64,000 nt of DNA from the human T2T-CHM13v2.0 reference genome, Homo sapiens. A program made the translations under genes and the position numbers. The notes under the pieces were generated by a model. It worked only from the letters and a program-made list of their open reading frames with translations. It was not told where the DNA came from and did not search any database. Location of the stretch: the NCBI RefSeq assembly GCF_009914755.1, contig NC_060942.1. One strand, written 5' to 3'. Shown in pieces: positions 1 to 14,183 of this stretch (its first letter is position 1; each line of letters starts with the position of its first letter).

Positions 1-598
1 TCTTGCCCAAGGTCACACATGGACAGAACATTAAGGCTAGGGTCCCCCCTAATTTCAGTCTGACACCCTTTCTGGGTTTACATCCCCTCCTAATCTTGGG
101 TATGAATTGCAGAACCCTTAAGATTCTAGTATGTAAATGCTCTAATTTCTGAATACCCTATAGAATTACATCAGCCTTTCAAAATAAATTAGATACTCAT
201 GGAGGAGAGTGCTTTGAAGTAAAAAAAAAAAAAAAAAATAGGCCTCAGTCTTTTCCTTGGAGATTCAGGGTCAGAAAACATTAGGGCTATTGCCACAGAT
301 GTGCCAACTATGAGAAGTTCAGCAAATAATTTGCAGTCTAATACAATATCCTTATGGGTTGAATTACTGGTAATGTCTTCATTCTTTTGCTGCTTTATTG
401 GGAAGGAAGAGATTATGAGCATCTTTACTCACCTGGTACTGTTGTTCACATTAGAGCACTGTCCAAACCTTGCAACGTATCCCAAGCAGAAATATGATAT
501 AAAATATCTAAGGCAATTTTCTACAGATAACCATTTCGGGATGTATCTACTTCCCAAACTAATTTAATCTTGGTATAGGGGAAAATGATATTCTAGAT

Positions 599-820
599 CA
601 GGGATAAGCCAACTATGGCTCTCCAGCCAAATCCAGCCCCTGCATGCTTTTGTAGATAAATTTTATTGGAACACCTCATACTCATTGGTTTACATATTGT
701 CTTCAGTCTCTTTTGCTTTACAGTGGCAGAGTTAAGTAATTGCAATAGAGACTGAGTGGACCATAAAGCCTGAAATATTTACTGCCTGTTCCTTTATAGA
801 CAAACATTTGCTAACCCCTA
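599..820 (+). mobile_element. MER58A-like hAT-Charlie non-autonomous DNA transposon
   Basis: Termini CAGGGATAAGCCAAC ... TTTGCTAACCCCT; internal TTTTATTGGAACAC and GCAGAGTTAAGTAATTGC match my recall of MER58A; flanks TTCTAGAT / CTATAGAG resemble a degraded 8-bp hAT TSD. Confidence 0.85.
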
Positions 821-854
821 CTATAGAGTCTTAATTAATATATTAGTATCGTGC

Positions 855-1207
855 TGTATTAGTCCATTTACACACTGTTGATAAAGACATACCTGAGACT
901 GGGAAGAAAAAGAGGTTTAATTGGACTTACACTTCCACATTGCTGGGGAGGCCTGAGAATCATGGTGGGAGGCAAAAGGCAGTTTTTGCATAGTGACAGC
1001 AAGAGAAAATAAGGAAGATGCAAAAGTGGAAACCCCTGATAAAACCATCAGATCTAGTGAAACTTATTCACTACCATGAGAACAGTATGGGGGAAACTGC
1101 CCTCATGATTACATTATCTCCCAACAGGTCCCTCCCACAACCCCTGGGAATTATGGGAGTACAATTCAATATGAGATTTGGTGGGGACACAGAGCCAAAC
1201 CATATCA
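855..1207 (-). mobile_element. THE1-family (ERVL-MaLR) solo LTR
   Basis: TGTATTAGTCCATT ... GCCAAACCATATCA is the reverse complement of a THE1 LTR; perfect 5-bp TSD CGTGC at 850-854 and 1208-1212. Confidence 0.95.
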
Positions 1208-3059
1208 CGTGCTTAATGAAGTTCCAATTTAAACCTCTCATTCAAGATCTATTTGGGCTCTACTTAGGCCTAAGCATAAAAAAACATGGTTAGAAAGCAT
1301 TTTTATTTTTCCAGCAGAGGACCATAGTAAGGTGACACAGCCAATCAACAGTCACTTCAAAATTATCTCGAAGTCCTTAAAAAAAAAAAAAGAAATCTTT
1401 GTGAGCTTTGTAAGTACTCTCAAAATGGACTCAATAACTTTGTAAAGAGTAGTCAGAGCTGTTAAAATACCATAAATCTTGCCCAAATGTGTCTACCCCA
1501 CGCCTTCTTTAATTAAAAGTGGTTCATAGAGGTCTTGCATTATAAGTAGATAGAGAGGTCTGCTCAGTTTTTGACTCCTGAAACTTCTGTTGGGGGGCTC
1601 AGAATTAATTTCATGTTGCTGAGCTAAGCTAAAGTTTAATTTCATGGGCAGCATAGGTGTCCATTCATTTGTAGAATGGCTAAGTAAACTGTGAAGGACT
1701 CTACAGTGATGAGAAGAAATGGACTAGACAAATATTATAGCCACACAGAATGAACTTTAAAATATGGGGCTGAGCAGGGAAGACAGAAACGGAATAATAA
1801 ATTTTGCATAAATCAGCTCATAAAGGAAAGTGCCAATGGGCAATTTGATAGAAACAATATTTACAAATCAAAGGGGGAGGAAATAAATGAAGAGTTAATA
1901 TTTTGAGGATATGTGAGTCTACATGGTCAGCAATGACACTGCCACTGCTCTCTCTTAAAATGATTAAGTAAATGGATATCTAGATCTTCCAGGTTTTTCC
2001 AGGGGCTTAATAGAAAACCTCTAAAGAAGGTAAACCAAATATCAAACATGTCTAGAAATCCAATTCTGTAACCATAGATCTCTCAGGATTCATAACCATG
2101 AGATTTCTTCTACCAACTAGCCTCAATCAGAAAAATAAAGGCATAAAATCTGTCATCATTAATAGTTACCGAATTCATGGTTGTTTCTCTCTATGCCTTC
2201 TTTTTATCTCATCTATGTTTTTCTTCAACTTCTATTTATTTTTCTATCTTCTCTTTTCTTCCTTTTGTTTCCCCTCATTATCTTTGTCAAGCATAAAACA
2301 TTCAAAACATTCAATTATTTAAGGTCCTCTTGTCACTCCTGAAAACACCATCTTTTCGTCCCATCATTTCCTCAGCCCTCTTTCTTCCCACATTAAGGTG
2401 TGGAAATAGAAATACGTCAAAAAACTAAAAATCTCTGGGGAAATATTGAATGACCCACTTTTACGTTTTTCCCACAAAATGAAACACTTCAGGTAGTACG
2501 ATGGAAGGAAGGTTAAACATAGATGGTGTAATTCATTACATGGCTGCCTTCTTTTTGATGTTGGCCATATATTAATTTGGGTAGTTATGGTAACAAATGT
2601 ATGAAATTAAAAACATTTGGTTTACCTGGAAAAGTTAGTAAGAGGTATTTTATAGTTCTATATAAATATGACATTTTAGCCTGGTAGGGAAGTGTAAGTG
2701 TGCCATTGTAATAAGTTTCCATTAGTAAGCTAAATATGTGACAAATACAATTATATTCTTTTATATGCACAAATACACAAATAATTCTTTTTATATTTGT
2801 AACTTATTGACAGATACGAAGAGAAGTAGAGGCTGATAAGGAGCAAAACAAGCTGAAATCTCCTTAGGAGGAATGCAGGACTCAAAAGCAATAGAACTGG
2901 AATTTGTAATGAGGCATTTGTTATTGAAAAGTAATTCTTAATTAATTGATACTAAATATTGTGCATACATATTGGTATGTGAAGAAATGTGTAAAAATTA
3001 GCATTCTTGGAAAACTACCACTAAGTCAGGCACAGTTAGTACTTTTTACATGACACTAT

Positions 3060-3220
3060 GCATAGCTCTGTCACTGCAATCACCATGTTTTATTATAGTT
3101 ACTATCTTCATATTAATTTCCCCACTTCTGTGAATTTTTTTGTGCCATAAAAACTTTCTGCTCTTATGCTTGGTACATAGTAGTTTCTCAGTAAACATTA
3201 CTGAACAATTTAGTAAATGT
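3060..3220 (+). mobile_element. L2 3' end fragment
   Basis: TGCTTGGTACATAGTAGTTTCTCAGTAAACATTACTGAA resembles the L2 terminus; boundaries approximate. Confidence 0.55.
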
Positions 3221-4424
3221 GTGAAACTGCATTAATACCAATACTTTCGTGGGCACAGAGGTACATTTATGAAGAAAATAGATGAACTAATTACTAATAA
3301 TTTTTATATTTTAAAAGTGTCCACTTGAGTCATGTGTTCTTAAATGAGAGGACTTTTCAAAGAATTATACAGGAATGGTATTTTGTTTGTGTGTGTGTTT
3401 TTATTCAGTGGAGAAACATTTCACAATTCATTTTTACAACATAAAAACACAGAAATTTATCTATGTACATTTTCACTGAGAAAAATAATAAGGTTTCCAG
3501 TTCCTTAAATCCTAGTTTGCAAAAGCATTTTACTGTGTAATCTCTCTGTGTTGCATTCCAGTTTACTTGTAGGTTTTCCTTGGAAGGCTAACAGAAATCT
3601 AAACTACCTGCTTTGCTGCCTCCATACACTTTGCTAAGCTGTGTTCTCACAACTCAGGAGATTAAAATTTCAAAAAAAAAAGTAAGACAGTTTCACATGA
3701 AATGACTGTAGTTGATTTTCAAAAATTACAGAGGATCTTCACAGTTGCCAGTGGAAATGAATACTTTAAGAAAAGTGAAAATAGTAAATAAGAATACAAA
3801 TGCAGCATTTGAATGACCTTATCCCAAATATTTTTGAACAGAGAAATGATAAATTTCTTACATATTTCAATGACTTAAATATGGAGAAGTGACACAAGTC
3901 TAAATTGAAACAATGCTTATATAATATACTGCTGTCTCTTCGGATGGGAGAAGCAATGCTCCTCAGTTTCACAGGATTCCTCCTTTCTTTGTCCTAGGTC
4001 AGAACAAGTGCCCTTTCCTACACTTATAACCCTGCCGATGTCAAACCTATTTTCCTTCCTTCCTGCAAGTTTCCTCCTTTCAATTTTCCCAAGAAAATAA
4101 AGAAAGGAAGGAAGGAAGAAAGAAAGAGCAAGTCTTCTGGAATTAAATGCTACATCCACTCCAGAAATATTCAGTATCATTAGTTTTTACCTTGCTTTGA
4201 TCTCAGAGTAATGACTGACCTGAGGATAGCCTTTATACGGAAACCTGTTCACATGCAGTCAGGCACTGAAATTTTGAACATTCCGAAATTGACAGACTCC
4301 TGAACATTATTTTGAATAGGAACACTTATGGACACTATCTGCAGTTCAGGCAGGCCATTGAGTCTTCCAGGCATCTGGGATCAAGCTAACCCTTCAGAAG
4401 TTGTGTCTTTGATAGTTATCAAAG

Positions 4425-4995
4425 AAAGGTAATCTCTGGAATTTGGGAATATGCTATGCTACATGGCAAAGGGACTTTGCAGCTATGACTAAGGTTACAG
4501 ATTTGGAGGTGAAGACATTATTTTGGATTATCTGAGTGGGACTAACTAATCTCGAGTTCTTAAAAGTGAGAATCTTTTCTACCTAAGTTCAGAGAGATGT
4601 GGAGGAAGAAGCAGGAGAAATTTAAAATATGTATGGGAATTGAGATCCGTCATCAAACCTATAACTGTCTTTGAAGATTAAAGAAGAAGGCTACAAGCCA
4701 AGGAATGCAGGCAGCTTGTAGAAGCTGGAAATGGCCCTCAACTGACAGCAAGAAAGCAGAGACGAACAATTGCAAGAAATTGAATTCTGTGAACAATCTG
4801 AGCAATTCAAATGAGCAAGGAAACAGATGCTTCCCTGAGCCCTCAGAAGGGGAATACAGCCCTGGCAACAACTTGACTTAACCCATCAAGACCCAAGTCA
4901 GACTTTTGACCTACAGAGCTATAAGATAACTTTGTGTCTTTTTAAACTTATAAATTCATGCTGGTGTGTTATGACAACAATATAAAACTAATGTG
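4425..4995 (+). mobile_element. MLT1D/E-like MaLR LTR
   Basis: ACATGGCAAAGGGACTTTGCAG, AAGCCAAGGAATGCAGGCAGC, AGACTTTTGACCTACAGA and terminal AAAACTAAT are MLT1 hallmarks. Confidence 0.8.
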
Positions 4996-5192
4996 GCAAC
5001 CCAGGTAACTGTGTTAGGTACTAGACATATAAAATTAATAAGATATTATAGAGAAACAAGCATTTTAACAGTGGAAAATCAGGAAACAAGTTATTAATAA
5101 ATGAATTATTAATAAATAAATGTATTCCATCATTTATTCATTTATTTTGCATTTAATATTTGTTTTCTAACAGTATGTCAAGTGACTTTAGA

Positions 5193-6242
5193 GAGTCTGG
5201 ACCATAATCCGGAAAGACACAATCCCAAATGCCATAATCCAAAATGTTGAAATCTCAAAAGATAAAAATTTCCTAAAGATAAAAATCCCAAAAGTCTAAA
5301 ATCTCTAACTTCTAAAACTCTGAAAATCACAATAATAAGATGGTTGCATCATGTTAGGCCAGCTCTTATGGATTATCTTTGTGCAACTGCCCATAATCTG
5401 TCCCTGTAATACAATTTTACATGCCTAATTTTCTTTCCAGTTTTTCTTTTTCTTTTCTTAGTTATTTTTCAACACCATTTTAAATGGTCAGCATTATTTC
5501 TTATAATTTGCTATGCTATGTATTTTATGTTTGTATCATTTCCAGTACTGGAGGTATAAATTGGGTAAAGACTTTTAGAGAGTCCTAATTTGTTTTATGC
5601 ATATTTTGCAAATTTGACTCCCTGAAAGTACACTATCATAAGGGTTTCTTTGTGTGTTAGCATTGTGCATGTATGGAAAAATGTTAAAGTTTCTCAATAA
5701 GAGAAGAAACGTTCTTTTTGTACCTCTGCATTTGTGAAAGATAAAATTTTTTGAGATCTTGGCTCTTTGGGCAACTGCATATGCAGTGGTGACCTTTTGA
5801 AGTTTTTTTATCCATTTTTGTCAAAAGACTTAGGATGTTTGTCATGGTATTTCAGAGGACCACAACTATAAAGCTGGGTGCACACATTTACCAACCATAG
5901 TGATAAGTGTTTATACATTTCCCTTTTTGACCTATATCTTTAAGAACATGGTTCATCTACTCATATATTATATGCATGGAACTGTCATTAGTATACCTAA
6001 GTGTTTATGCTTTCAAACATATCTATGTCATTATTGCTTATTTTACTGTGTAAAGTGGCATATGAAGTTTTCTGTCATGTTTTTATATGTTTTTCAAATC
6101 TATTAAAATTTAAATAAGTATCTTAATTTTAAAAAATTATGTTTTGCAGAATTATATTTTCAGGATTTTGATCTTACAGGATTTCAACATTTGAGGTTAT
6201 GGCATTCCCGACTGTATCTTTGGGAATTATGATTGGCTTCTC
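5193..6242 (+). mobile_element. Ricksha-like (MULE/MuDR) non-autonomous DNA transposon with long TIRs
   Basis: ~80-bp imperfect terminal inverted repeats (left CATAATCCGGAAAGACACAATCCCAAATGCCATAATCCAAAATGTTGAAATC; right GATTTCAACATTTGAGGTTATGGCATTCCCGACTGTATCTTTGGGAATTATG) plus subterminal AAAATC(C) repeats; family name from recall. Confidence 0.8.
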
Positions 6243-7339
6243 TTGTAGCATGTGAATAACTGCTGAAAAATCAATTCTGATATGGTATAGAGTAGACTAT
6301 GCTAAGATTTCCTAACTAGATTTGTTTGTGTCAACTATAACAGACAGACTAAACCATTATCCCTCCCTTAAAATAAATTTATTTATTCACTTGATGATTT
6401 GTTGATTATATTTTAAAGGTCTATTATTATTAAATAAGTAAGAATATTTTGACACTCTTATGTTTCTCCATCACAATTAAATATAGCTTAATTGTATTAT
6501 GAACTTCCTATTCTGTTAGGTACAAAAGTCTCTCTAGCCAATAACTTTTCTATGATTAACTAATTAGCAAACTATATAAACGGTTTTTTAAAAAAAGTGT
6601 GTACTTTGATAACTTCTGTTTGAACTAGTAAGAATTCAAGCTATAATTTAAAAATAAAACTTTAGTTAGAAATGTTATCTGTGTTAGGGAAATTATAAAA
6701 AAATTCAGCAAATAAGCAAGATATCCCCTCCAGTTATCAAGGTCTTGCTTCTTCCTTCTTGTCGCTCCAGGTCTATTTCTGCATGTTTATTTTTGAGCTG
6801 TCAGTTGGTGTGTAATGGCACAGTCATATGGTTGCTCTTCATTAAAGCATAACTGGGTCCAGCCTGCCCCCTTTCCACATTCAATGCAGTGACCATAAGT
6901 AAGATTCAAGTATGACAATGAACGAAATACCTACATTACAGCTTTTTGTGGGCTAAGAAATTGTTGGGTAAATAATATTGTATTCTTTCAAGAATACTAA
7001 CCCACTATTACAAATATACATATATACAGATTGCTGGGTTTCTCAGCTAATCACAACCTTATATAGATAACACAAGGAGAATAAACTTGTCAAATTGCTT
7101 AAGCATTGAAACCATAAAATGTTTAAAGAAATGTTATTGTACTCTTTCAAATCCAGAATATATCTTCAGAACTCACTTTTCTTTTACTAAAAAAGAGATG
7201 CAAAACATTTGCATTTGGTATATGTCTTTTATAAAAAGGTTGTGGTCGATGGGTTTTCTACTCATTAAAGTCTATATTAATCCCTCGATCTTTTAAAAAC
7301 TTTATTCTTAAGATACAGCATATGTCGTTATAGGGATTA

Positions 7340-9310
7340 ATACATTTTTTATAAATGAATACACCAACATAACTAGCATCTACATGAAAATATAGAAAAA
7401 ATATCATCACCCCAGAAACCTCACTCATCTCCATTCCCAGTCAATAATTAACCATTCTCCCAAACACACAGGTTTTGGCTGTTTTTTATAATCATATAAT
7501 TACAATATAGTACCATAGTATATATTCTCTTGAGTCGGGTATCTTTTGCTCAATCTTAATTTTGTCAGATTAATTCATACTTTTTATGTGGCAACAGTTC
7601 ATTCATTATCATCACTATATACTATTCCATTTTATGAATAAACAACAATTTATGCACTCTGCTGTCCATAAATTAATTTGGGAGCTATTATGAATAAAGC
7701 TGACAGTAACACTTGGTATAAAATATTAACATATTTTGCTGCACATGTGCTCTAATTCCTGACATATGCATATGTTCAGCTCTAGTTGATAGCGCCAACA
7801 TTTAAAAAAAGACTACACCTATTTACCTTCTGAGAGATGTCTGAGAGTTCCTGTTGCTTTACATTTTATCTACATTTAAAAATTTTAATCATTTAGAGAA
7901 GTGTGTAGAGATATGTCATCGTAGTTTTCATTTGCATTTATTTATCATGTTGAGCACAATTTCATATGCTTATCGGACATTTGTATAGCTCCTTTCTGAA
8001 GCGATTTTCCAGTCTTTGTCACTTTTTCTTACTTATGCTGCCTGTCTTTATTGTTTTGTTACAGTTTCTTTATTCATCATGGATGAGAGTACTTTGTTGG
8101 ACATATGTATCTAAAGTATTTTCTCCTAAGATGTAACTTGTCTTTTTATTCTTCAATGGTGTCTTTTGATGAATGGAACATCTCAATTTTTAAAAGAGTA
8201 CAGTTTATAAACTATGTATTTCTTTCATGGTTGGTACTTGTGTCTCATTTAAAACAACTCTGGCAATTACAAAATAAATCAGATGTTCTCACAGGTTTTT
8301 CCCTAAAAGCTTTACATAACTTTAACATTTATATCTGTAAACAGGTAGAACTGGGTTTTATGTACATTGTGAAATAGAAAGTCAAGGTATCTTTTTTAAA
8401 AAAATATTTAGATATCCAATTGATCATGTACTATTTATTGATTCAGCACCATATACTATGTAGTACATCTTTTTACACTGTATTTTGGTGGCATCTTCTT
8501 GTAAATCAAGAGACTATGTTTACATTCTAAGTGTGTTTCTAAAATCTCTATTCTGTCTGTTGTTCTCTTATCTGTCTTTGTACCAATATCACAATTTCTT
8601 ATAATGTGGCCTCATAGTAAGTCTAGGTATCTGGCAGTAATTTCTCAACTTTGTCCATCTTCAAGACCCTTGGCCCTTCACATTTCCTTAGGCATTTTAG
8701 AATCAATGCATCAATTTCCAAAAATTCTGCTTGAATTTTAAGTAGGATTGCATCACACATATAAACCAACTTGGGGAGAGAATGCACATCTTCAAAATAC
8801 TGAATTTCCAATATATAAATTTGGTAGATCATTTATTTAGAAATTATTTGATTTTTCTCAGAAAGGTTTGTAGTTTTCTTCAGAGAAGACTTGTACATCT
8901 TTTGTTAAATATATACCTAGTTAAATATATACCTAGATGTTTAGTTATTCTATTATAAATAGTATCTATTTTAATGTTTTATTTTCTAAATACTTGTGGC
9001 TAGTATATGGAGATACAATTGATTTTTGTTTGTTTTATATCCATTGATTCTCACAAATTCACTTATTAGTTCTTACTGTTTATCTGTAAAGTCCTTTGGG
9101 TTATCTATGTACAAATAATGTTCTCATATAATGACAGCTTTTAAAGCCATCTTTTATCATGTTAAACAAGTTATTTTCTGCTTCCAGTTTGCTGAAAATA
9201 TCATAAATTGGTTTTAAATATCGCTAAGGCTTTGTAATATCAATTGAGATTATTATTTGATCCTTTTCTTCATTTTTCTGTTAATGTGATACATTATATT
9301 TACTGAAAAT
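7340..9310 (-). mobile_element. Old L1M (L1MD/ME-like) fragment, 3' UTR plus part of ORF2
   Basis: Minus ORF 8623-8832 (LPKLVYMCDAILLKIQAEFLEIDALILK) resembles L1 ORF2 [25 protein letters not shown]; a degraded L1 3' UTR lies to the left. Confidence 0.8.
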
Positions 9311-9459
9311 TTTAAAGGCTGGAAATTGCTTACTTTGATTTTGGGTAAGTCAAACATTCCCCTACCCAACATTGCAAGTTATTAATTACCTTTTCACCTG
9401 CTATTTTTCTCCATGGATAATAGAAAAATAACCATTCATTTAAACACAATTAATATGAT

Positions 9460-9635
9460 GACAGAACTAAGATGCAATGGGAATAACAGGTTTCAAAATC
9501 ATTTGTGTACTAGCTGTGTGTTACTGTTATCCTCCATTCATGAGAATAATAAAATCTGCTCCGTCTGCCTAACATGGTGATTATAAAGATAAAATAACTG
9601 GGTAGAAGTGAAAATACACGGTAAGCTATCAAGAA
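9460..9635 (+). mobile_element. MIR SINE fragment
   Basis: ACTAGCTGTGTG, ATGAGAATAATAA and GATTATAAAGATAAAATAA resemble the MIR core and tail. Confidence 0.5.
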
Positions 9636-12600
9636 ATATTATTAAGATAAAGTTTAAATGGTTATTTCTTAATCTATTATGTATTAAAGTTCTATTTAAT
9701 AAAGAAATGTAACTTGAATCTTCTTTCCTAGTATTTTTATTTTCCTTGAACATTAAAGCAAAGTTTGGCTATTAATTTTTCCCAAAGCTATCCAAATTGC
9801 CAAAACTAACAAATGAGAAAGTTTCAAATCAATGAGACTTTAATAAACTGTTGTAATGAATACATCAATGTGTTTATTCTGCTTTCATAAACTCATGACT
9901 GATATTATAAATAAAAATTTAAGGTAAGTAATGAACATAGTCTTTCTTATTTTCAATAAGAAAAAATCATAGTTTTTTATATAGTTTTATTCTAAACAAA
10001 GCTCCGTAAGATGACCCCTCTGACCTAAGGAAGCTCATAATAGTACAACCACAGCCTCAGTCTCCTTCCAGTTCTCCTTACAGGGAAATTGGACTGTAGC
10101 AACATTCTCTGCCCAATTTTGTTAGATAAAGTAACATATTAAATTTCTTCTTTTTATTTTCAACCTTTGTGCTACTTAAGAATTAATGATATAAAATTCA
10201 AAGTAGAAGCGACATGATCATGCTCAATTTAAGCCTACTAGCCATATTTAAAAGATTTCGTCTAAAAATTAATTACAAATTATTTTTTGGTGTTGTCTTT
10301 CTCCTTTTTCTAGCTTTATCAATTTTCATTTATTAGACAGCCTGCTGATAGAATTTCAAAGATAGACTATGTTTTCCTGAAAGATAAAGTGAAGAGCTCA
10401 GCACTAGAAGAGTCTGCAACAGCAGAGTCACACCAGTTATCTACTGCAAGTTTCACTTTGTTAGCTTTCATAGCCAGTTAGCTTTAATGTCAGGTTCATC
10501 ATATGAATTGGGGGAACAAGATCAGCACTTGGGCTCCAATCATCTTCCCTATTATTATCACTCCATTTGTTTTCGTGATTATTCTATACCCTACCACACG
10601 TATTTATGTCCAAGACAAACAGAAGATGATGGGGGAATTCCTGCATTTTCCACAGAGGGAAAACAGGAAAATCAAAAGAGATTCATGCTGATTAAAATGC
10701 ACACCTATAAATAAAATGACTCTAAACTGTTAGCCTAACTTGGCTAATCCCTAGGATTCCTACTCATAAAAACCAAAGATATTTTTGTAAATTTGTTTTT
10801 ACATAAATAAGGTCATGGTCTTTGATTGAGACTTCTCCTTATAAGAAAATTCTTTAGAAGCCAAACTCTAAGAATTTCTTTTTAATTCCCCATGGACTAT
10901 CCAATGACAAAAGAAAACACATGCTCAATTAAGATTAAAAGTCTGCTGAGAGAAAAAAACACAATGAATCATAGTTTAGTTTTCTTGAATAGTAAAACTT
11001 AAAAATATTTATTTTACACTTTTGTGCACATTAAATTATTGACTGAAAATTTTCTGCTAAAAATCAATAATCCTTGATATGTTGAGAAACATTTACCTTT
11101 GAAATAAAAACATGTGTATTTCTTTTGTTGGACTTTATTTATTTTAGTTGGAAAGAGATTTGATGACTTGTGTCATAACATTCCTTAAATAATTTTAGGA
11201 TAAGCTGGGGTTAAAATCTTAAATAAAAACTTTGGAATCAATAAAATAATTTCTGAGGACACTTGATATCTTAAAATGGTCACAGCTACCTACTAGATGA
11301 AATTCATTATCTTGAGATTCAACATCTTGGCAAAGTCTTCATCACTAATTAAAATAGCAATGGAAGAGCACCTGCAATTACTCTGTTTAGGATAAAATTA
11401 CAAGGGTTATAAATCTCCAAGCTTCAGGGCATAAACCGATCACCAGCTGGGGTGAAAAAGAAATGTCTACCTATTGTGTAGTTTTGCAAAATTAGGTACA
11501 TTATATGTTTTACTCCCTCAGAAACATCTGCCACAGACTACTATATGAGAGGCTATTGGACTGCATGCAAGGGACACTACTTTGGCTATGTTATAGAAAT
11601 TACAGGGTTTATATATATAACCTAAAATCCAGGGGCTTGTTAAAAGAATGCTTCACCTTAGTGGTGGTTTAGATTCTTCCCAGGCTAGTGACCAAAGGTC
11701 ATTACAGATGTCAGGTAGAACATGAGTAATTATAGAGTTCAAATTTTGGTGTTAGTCCCTTTGCCATGAAATAGCCAGCATTATTATAGATGCTATTTGG
11801 TAGTTTACACAGGAAAAAAGAAAAAACAGTAAGAATAGAATGCCCATGGACTTTGGACTATCATAGGAGATTGACAAAAAAGAGAAATGAGTGTAGCAAA
11901 TAATGTTCTGAGGCAGCTCCCCTTCCACCCTCATCTTTGCTACCCAAATGAAGAGGTTGGTTTACTTTCAGGACAAACAGATGTAAACCTGCATGAGGAA
12001 AGGACTGGAGGATCCCTTTTCTTTTACTAGGTTGGGTGAGGAGAAAGAATATGGAGGAAGAGGCCAGATGTCAGAGAATGTCTGCAGCACATTCTGCATC
12101 AGCCTTGAGAATGCTGTGCAGGAGAGACCCTGGTAGCCCAAATCACCATACAGAAGTCCGAGAGAATGGGGGGTGGGGAACTTGGGGTCTGTAAGGAAGA
12201 GAACCCAGTAATTGAGAAGGGGAACACTGCAATGGGGATTGGACTTTGTGAATTCAGAATTGGTTCATAATGGTTAATAACTACTTAACAGTTATTACTC
12301 TATTACTAATTAATGGCTAATAGTCCATACTTATTAATCTGTCCCTAAGTTAAAGGAGCCCACAGAAAATCCAAAAGCAGAATATGAGGCAAATAGCTCT
12401 TTTTCACATTCAATTATCTTGTGTTAAATTCTTAAATCACAAACTTTGGCAATATGTAGATTAAATGAAACAGGGCTATAGTTACTTTTTAAAAAATGTT
12501 TAAATTTTTTAAGCTATATTCAAATATTTTATTTAAAGGAAACTCAGCAAAGGCAGAGTCAAATACACTGTTCATTCTTCTAATAGGACAGACCACCTAG

Positions 12601-14183
12601 GAGAAGTGAGAAGTGGAGGGATGAGAGAAAATTAATCTGTTCCATATTTCCAAAGGCCAAAGTTTTTATGTAATGAGCCAAAATAGCAAGGGAAAAAGAA
12701 TGTGGCTGCCTAGTTGTCATTTGAATAATAGAGATTTACAGGTCAAAAAATAGATGAGGTTGGATTGCATGGTTCTGGGGTTGAGCCAGGTAGATTGAAT
12801 AGAGGTAAATTCTTCTCTTGATTACACGATCTCATGTTGCACCAGAGAGAGGAAACTGATATACCAGCATTTCCCTCTCTAAAACAGTTGTCCATCCTGA
12901 GCTTCTTATTAATGCTATTCTTCCTTGCTTGGTTCTTTTCTTCACCAAAAATGTTTAAATTTAACTGAAGTGTTTTAGGGTATTATCTTCGCCATTTACT
13001 CATGTCCCTGATGTTCGTTACTGACTTAGGCCCAACCTTTCATACATGGGTATTGCACTCAGCCTGTAAAATCTTTAGTATAATGGTATCATGTTTCAAC
13101 ATAGCTCTATTTTATTTAACTTGGTTTATCAAAATGTACTATATCCAGAAATTGTTTAGAAGCCTTATTGTAAGAGAATTTTATGAAAAAGTCAATTCTC
13201 ACCATCCTTTTTTCACTATTAGAAATAATAGTGATACCAAGTCTTAAAACTCCTGTTTCTCAAACTAGGATCACTATAATGTTCTGTGAAAAACTTCCAA
13301 GATAGATCTTAATTTTTTTTCAGCCATAGCGTCTACAGTCAAATACTGACTACAGTTTTAGTAATCACCGAACAAAGATTGTATTTTTCTTCATACAGCC
13401 TTAAAAATTTGTCTACTTTACCTGTATGTCTAAATCATACATTTGCATACTTCACCTCCCCCGCCGCCGCCCTGCTACGTTAGCATTCCATTGCTGATAG
13501 TCACTATAGACCATCTATAGTGACCATAGTAGTTCACTATAGACCCCAGATGTGCTCCTGCACATTCTGAGTCCTTTCAAGGAGTTAATCGTTCTGCCTC
13601 AGTCCAGGTCCATTTTTCTCTGAAAGGAATCTGCTAAAATCTATTATTTAGGATAAGTGCATTTCAAGTAGTTACAGTATACATGATGACTCTTTTATTG
13701 CAAATTAGATTATTTTAATTCTTACTAAGTTTATTTTGACTAAATTGATGTCAAATGAAATTTGACAGTTTTTCAACTTGAAACTTTTAAAATAAAAAAT
13801 ATTACCACAAAATATTCCTAATTTTTTCTGATAGTTACTCTTCAAGGAATTGCCACACTGAGCTTAGCCGTCAAGGTAATTATCAGGACCTGTGAATTAT
13901 TAACCTAGAATCTGCTGCACAGATTTACCAACCCAGGAGAGTCTGCAAAGCTGAGCTACTACAGAGGGGGCTTTACCTTTCTAAACCTCAAGCTACCACC
14001 AGGGAAATTTGGGAGATTTGGGTCATAACTGTGGTGGCCAAATCTACTCCCACTTAATGCTTTTAAGAACATATGCTTTGGAAGGAAAACCAAGGTTCCA
14101 AAGAGTAGTTGAAAAGTCTAAGGCAAAGATGTTCTAAATTAATCTTGTAGAAATGAAACTGTGGATAGACAAGGGAGTGGCTT

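Noticed and set aside
8904-8935. 16-bp tandem duplication GTTAAATATATACCTA x2 (also 10-bp duplications near 25085 and 33311)
   Set aside because: Ordinary slippage duplications.
10285-10320. Strong polypyrimidine tract and AG acceptor on the plus strand
   Set aside because: No convincing donor or coding frame downstream.
11700-12440. Purine-rich stretch that may be an ancient LTR
   Set aside because: I could not establish termini, a TSD or a family.
13453-13480. Short (CCG)3 GC patch
   Set aside because: Too short for a CpG island; no promoter context.
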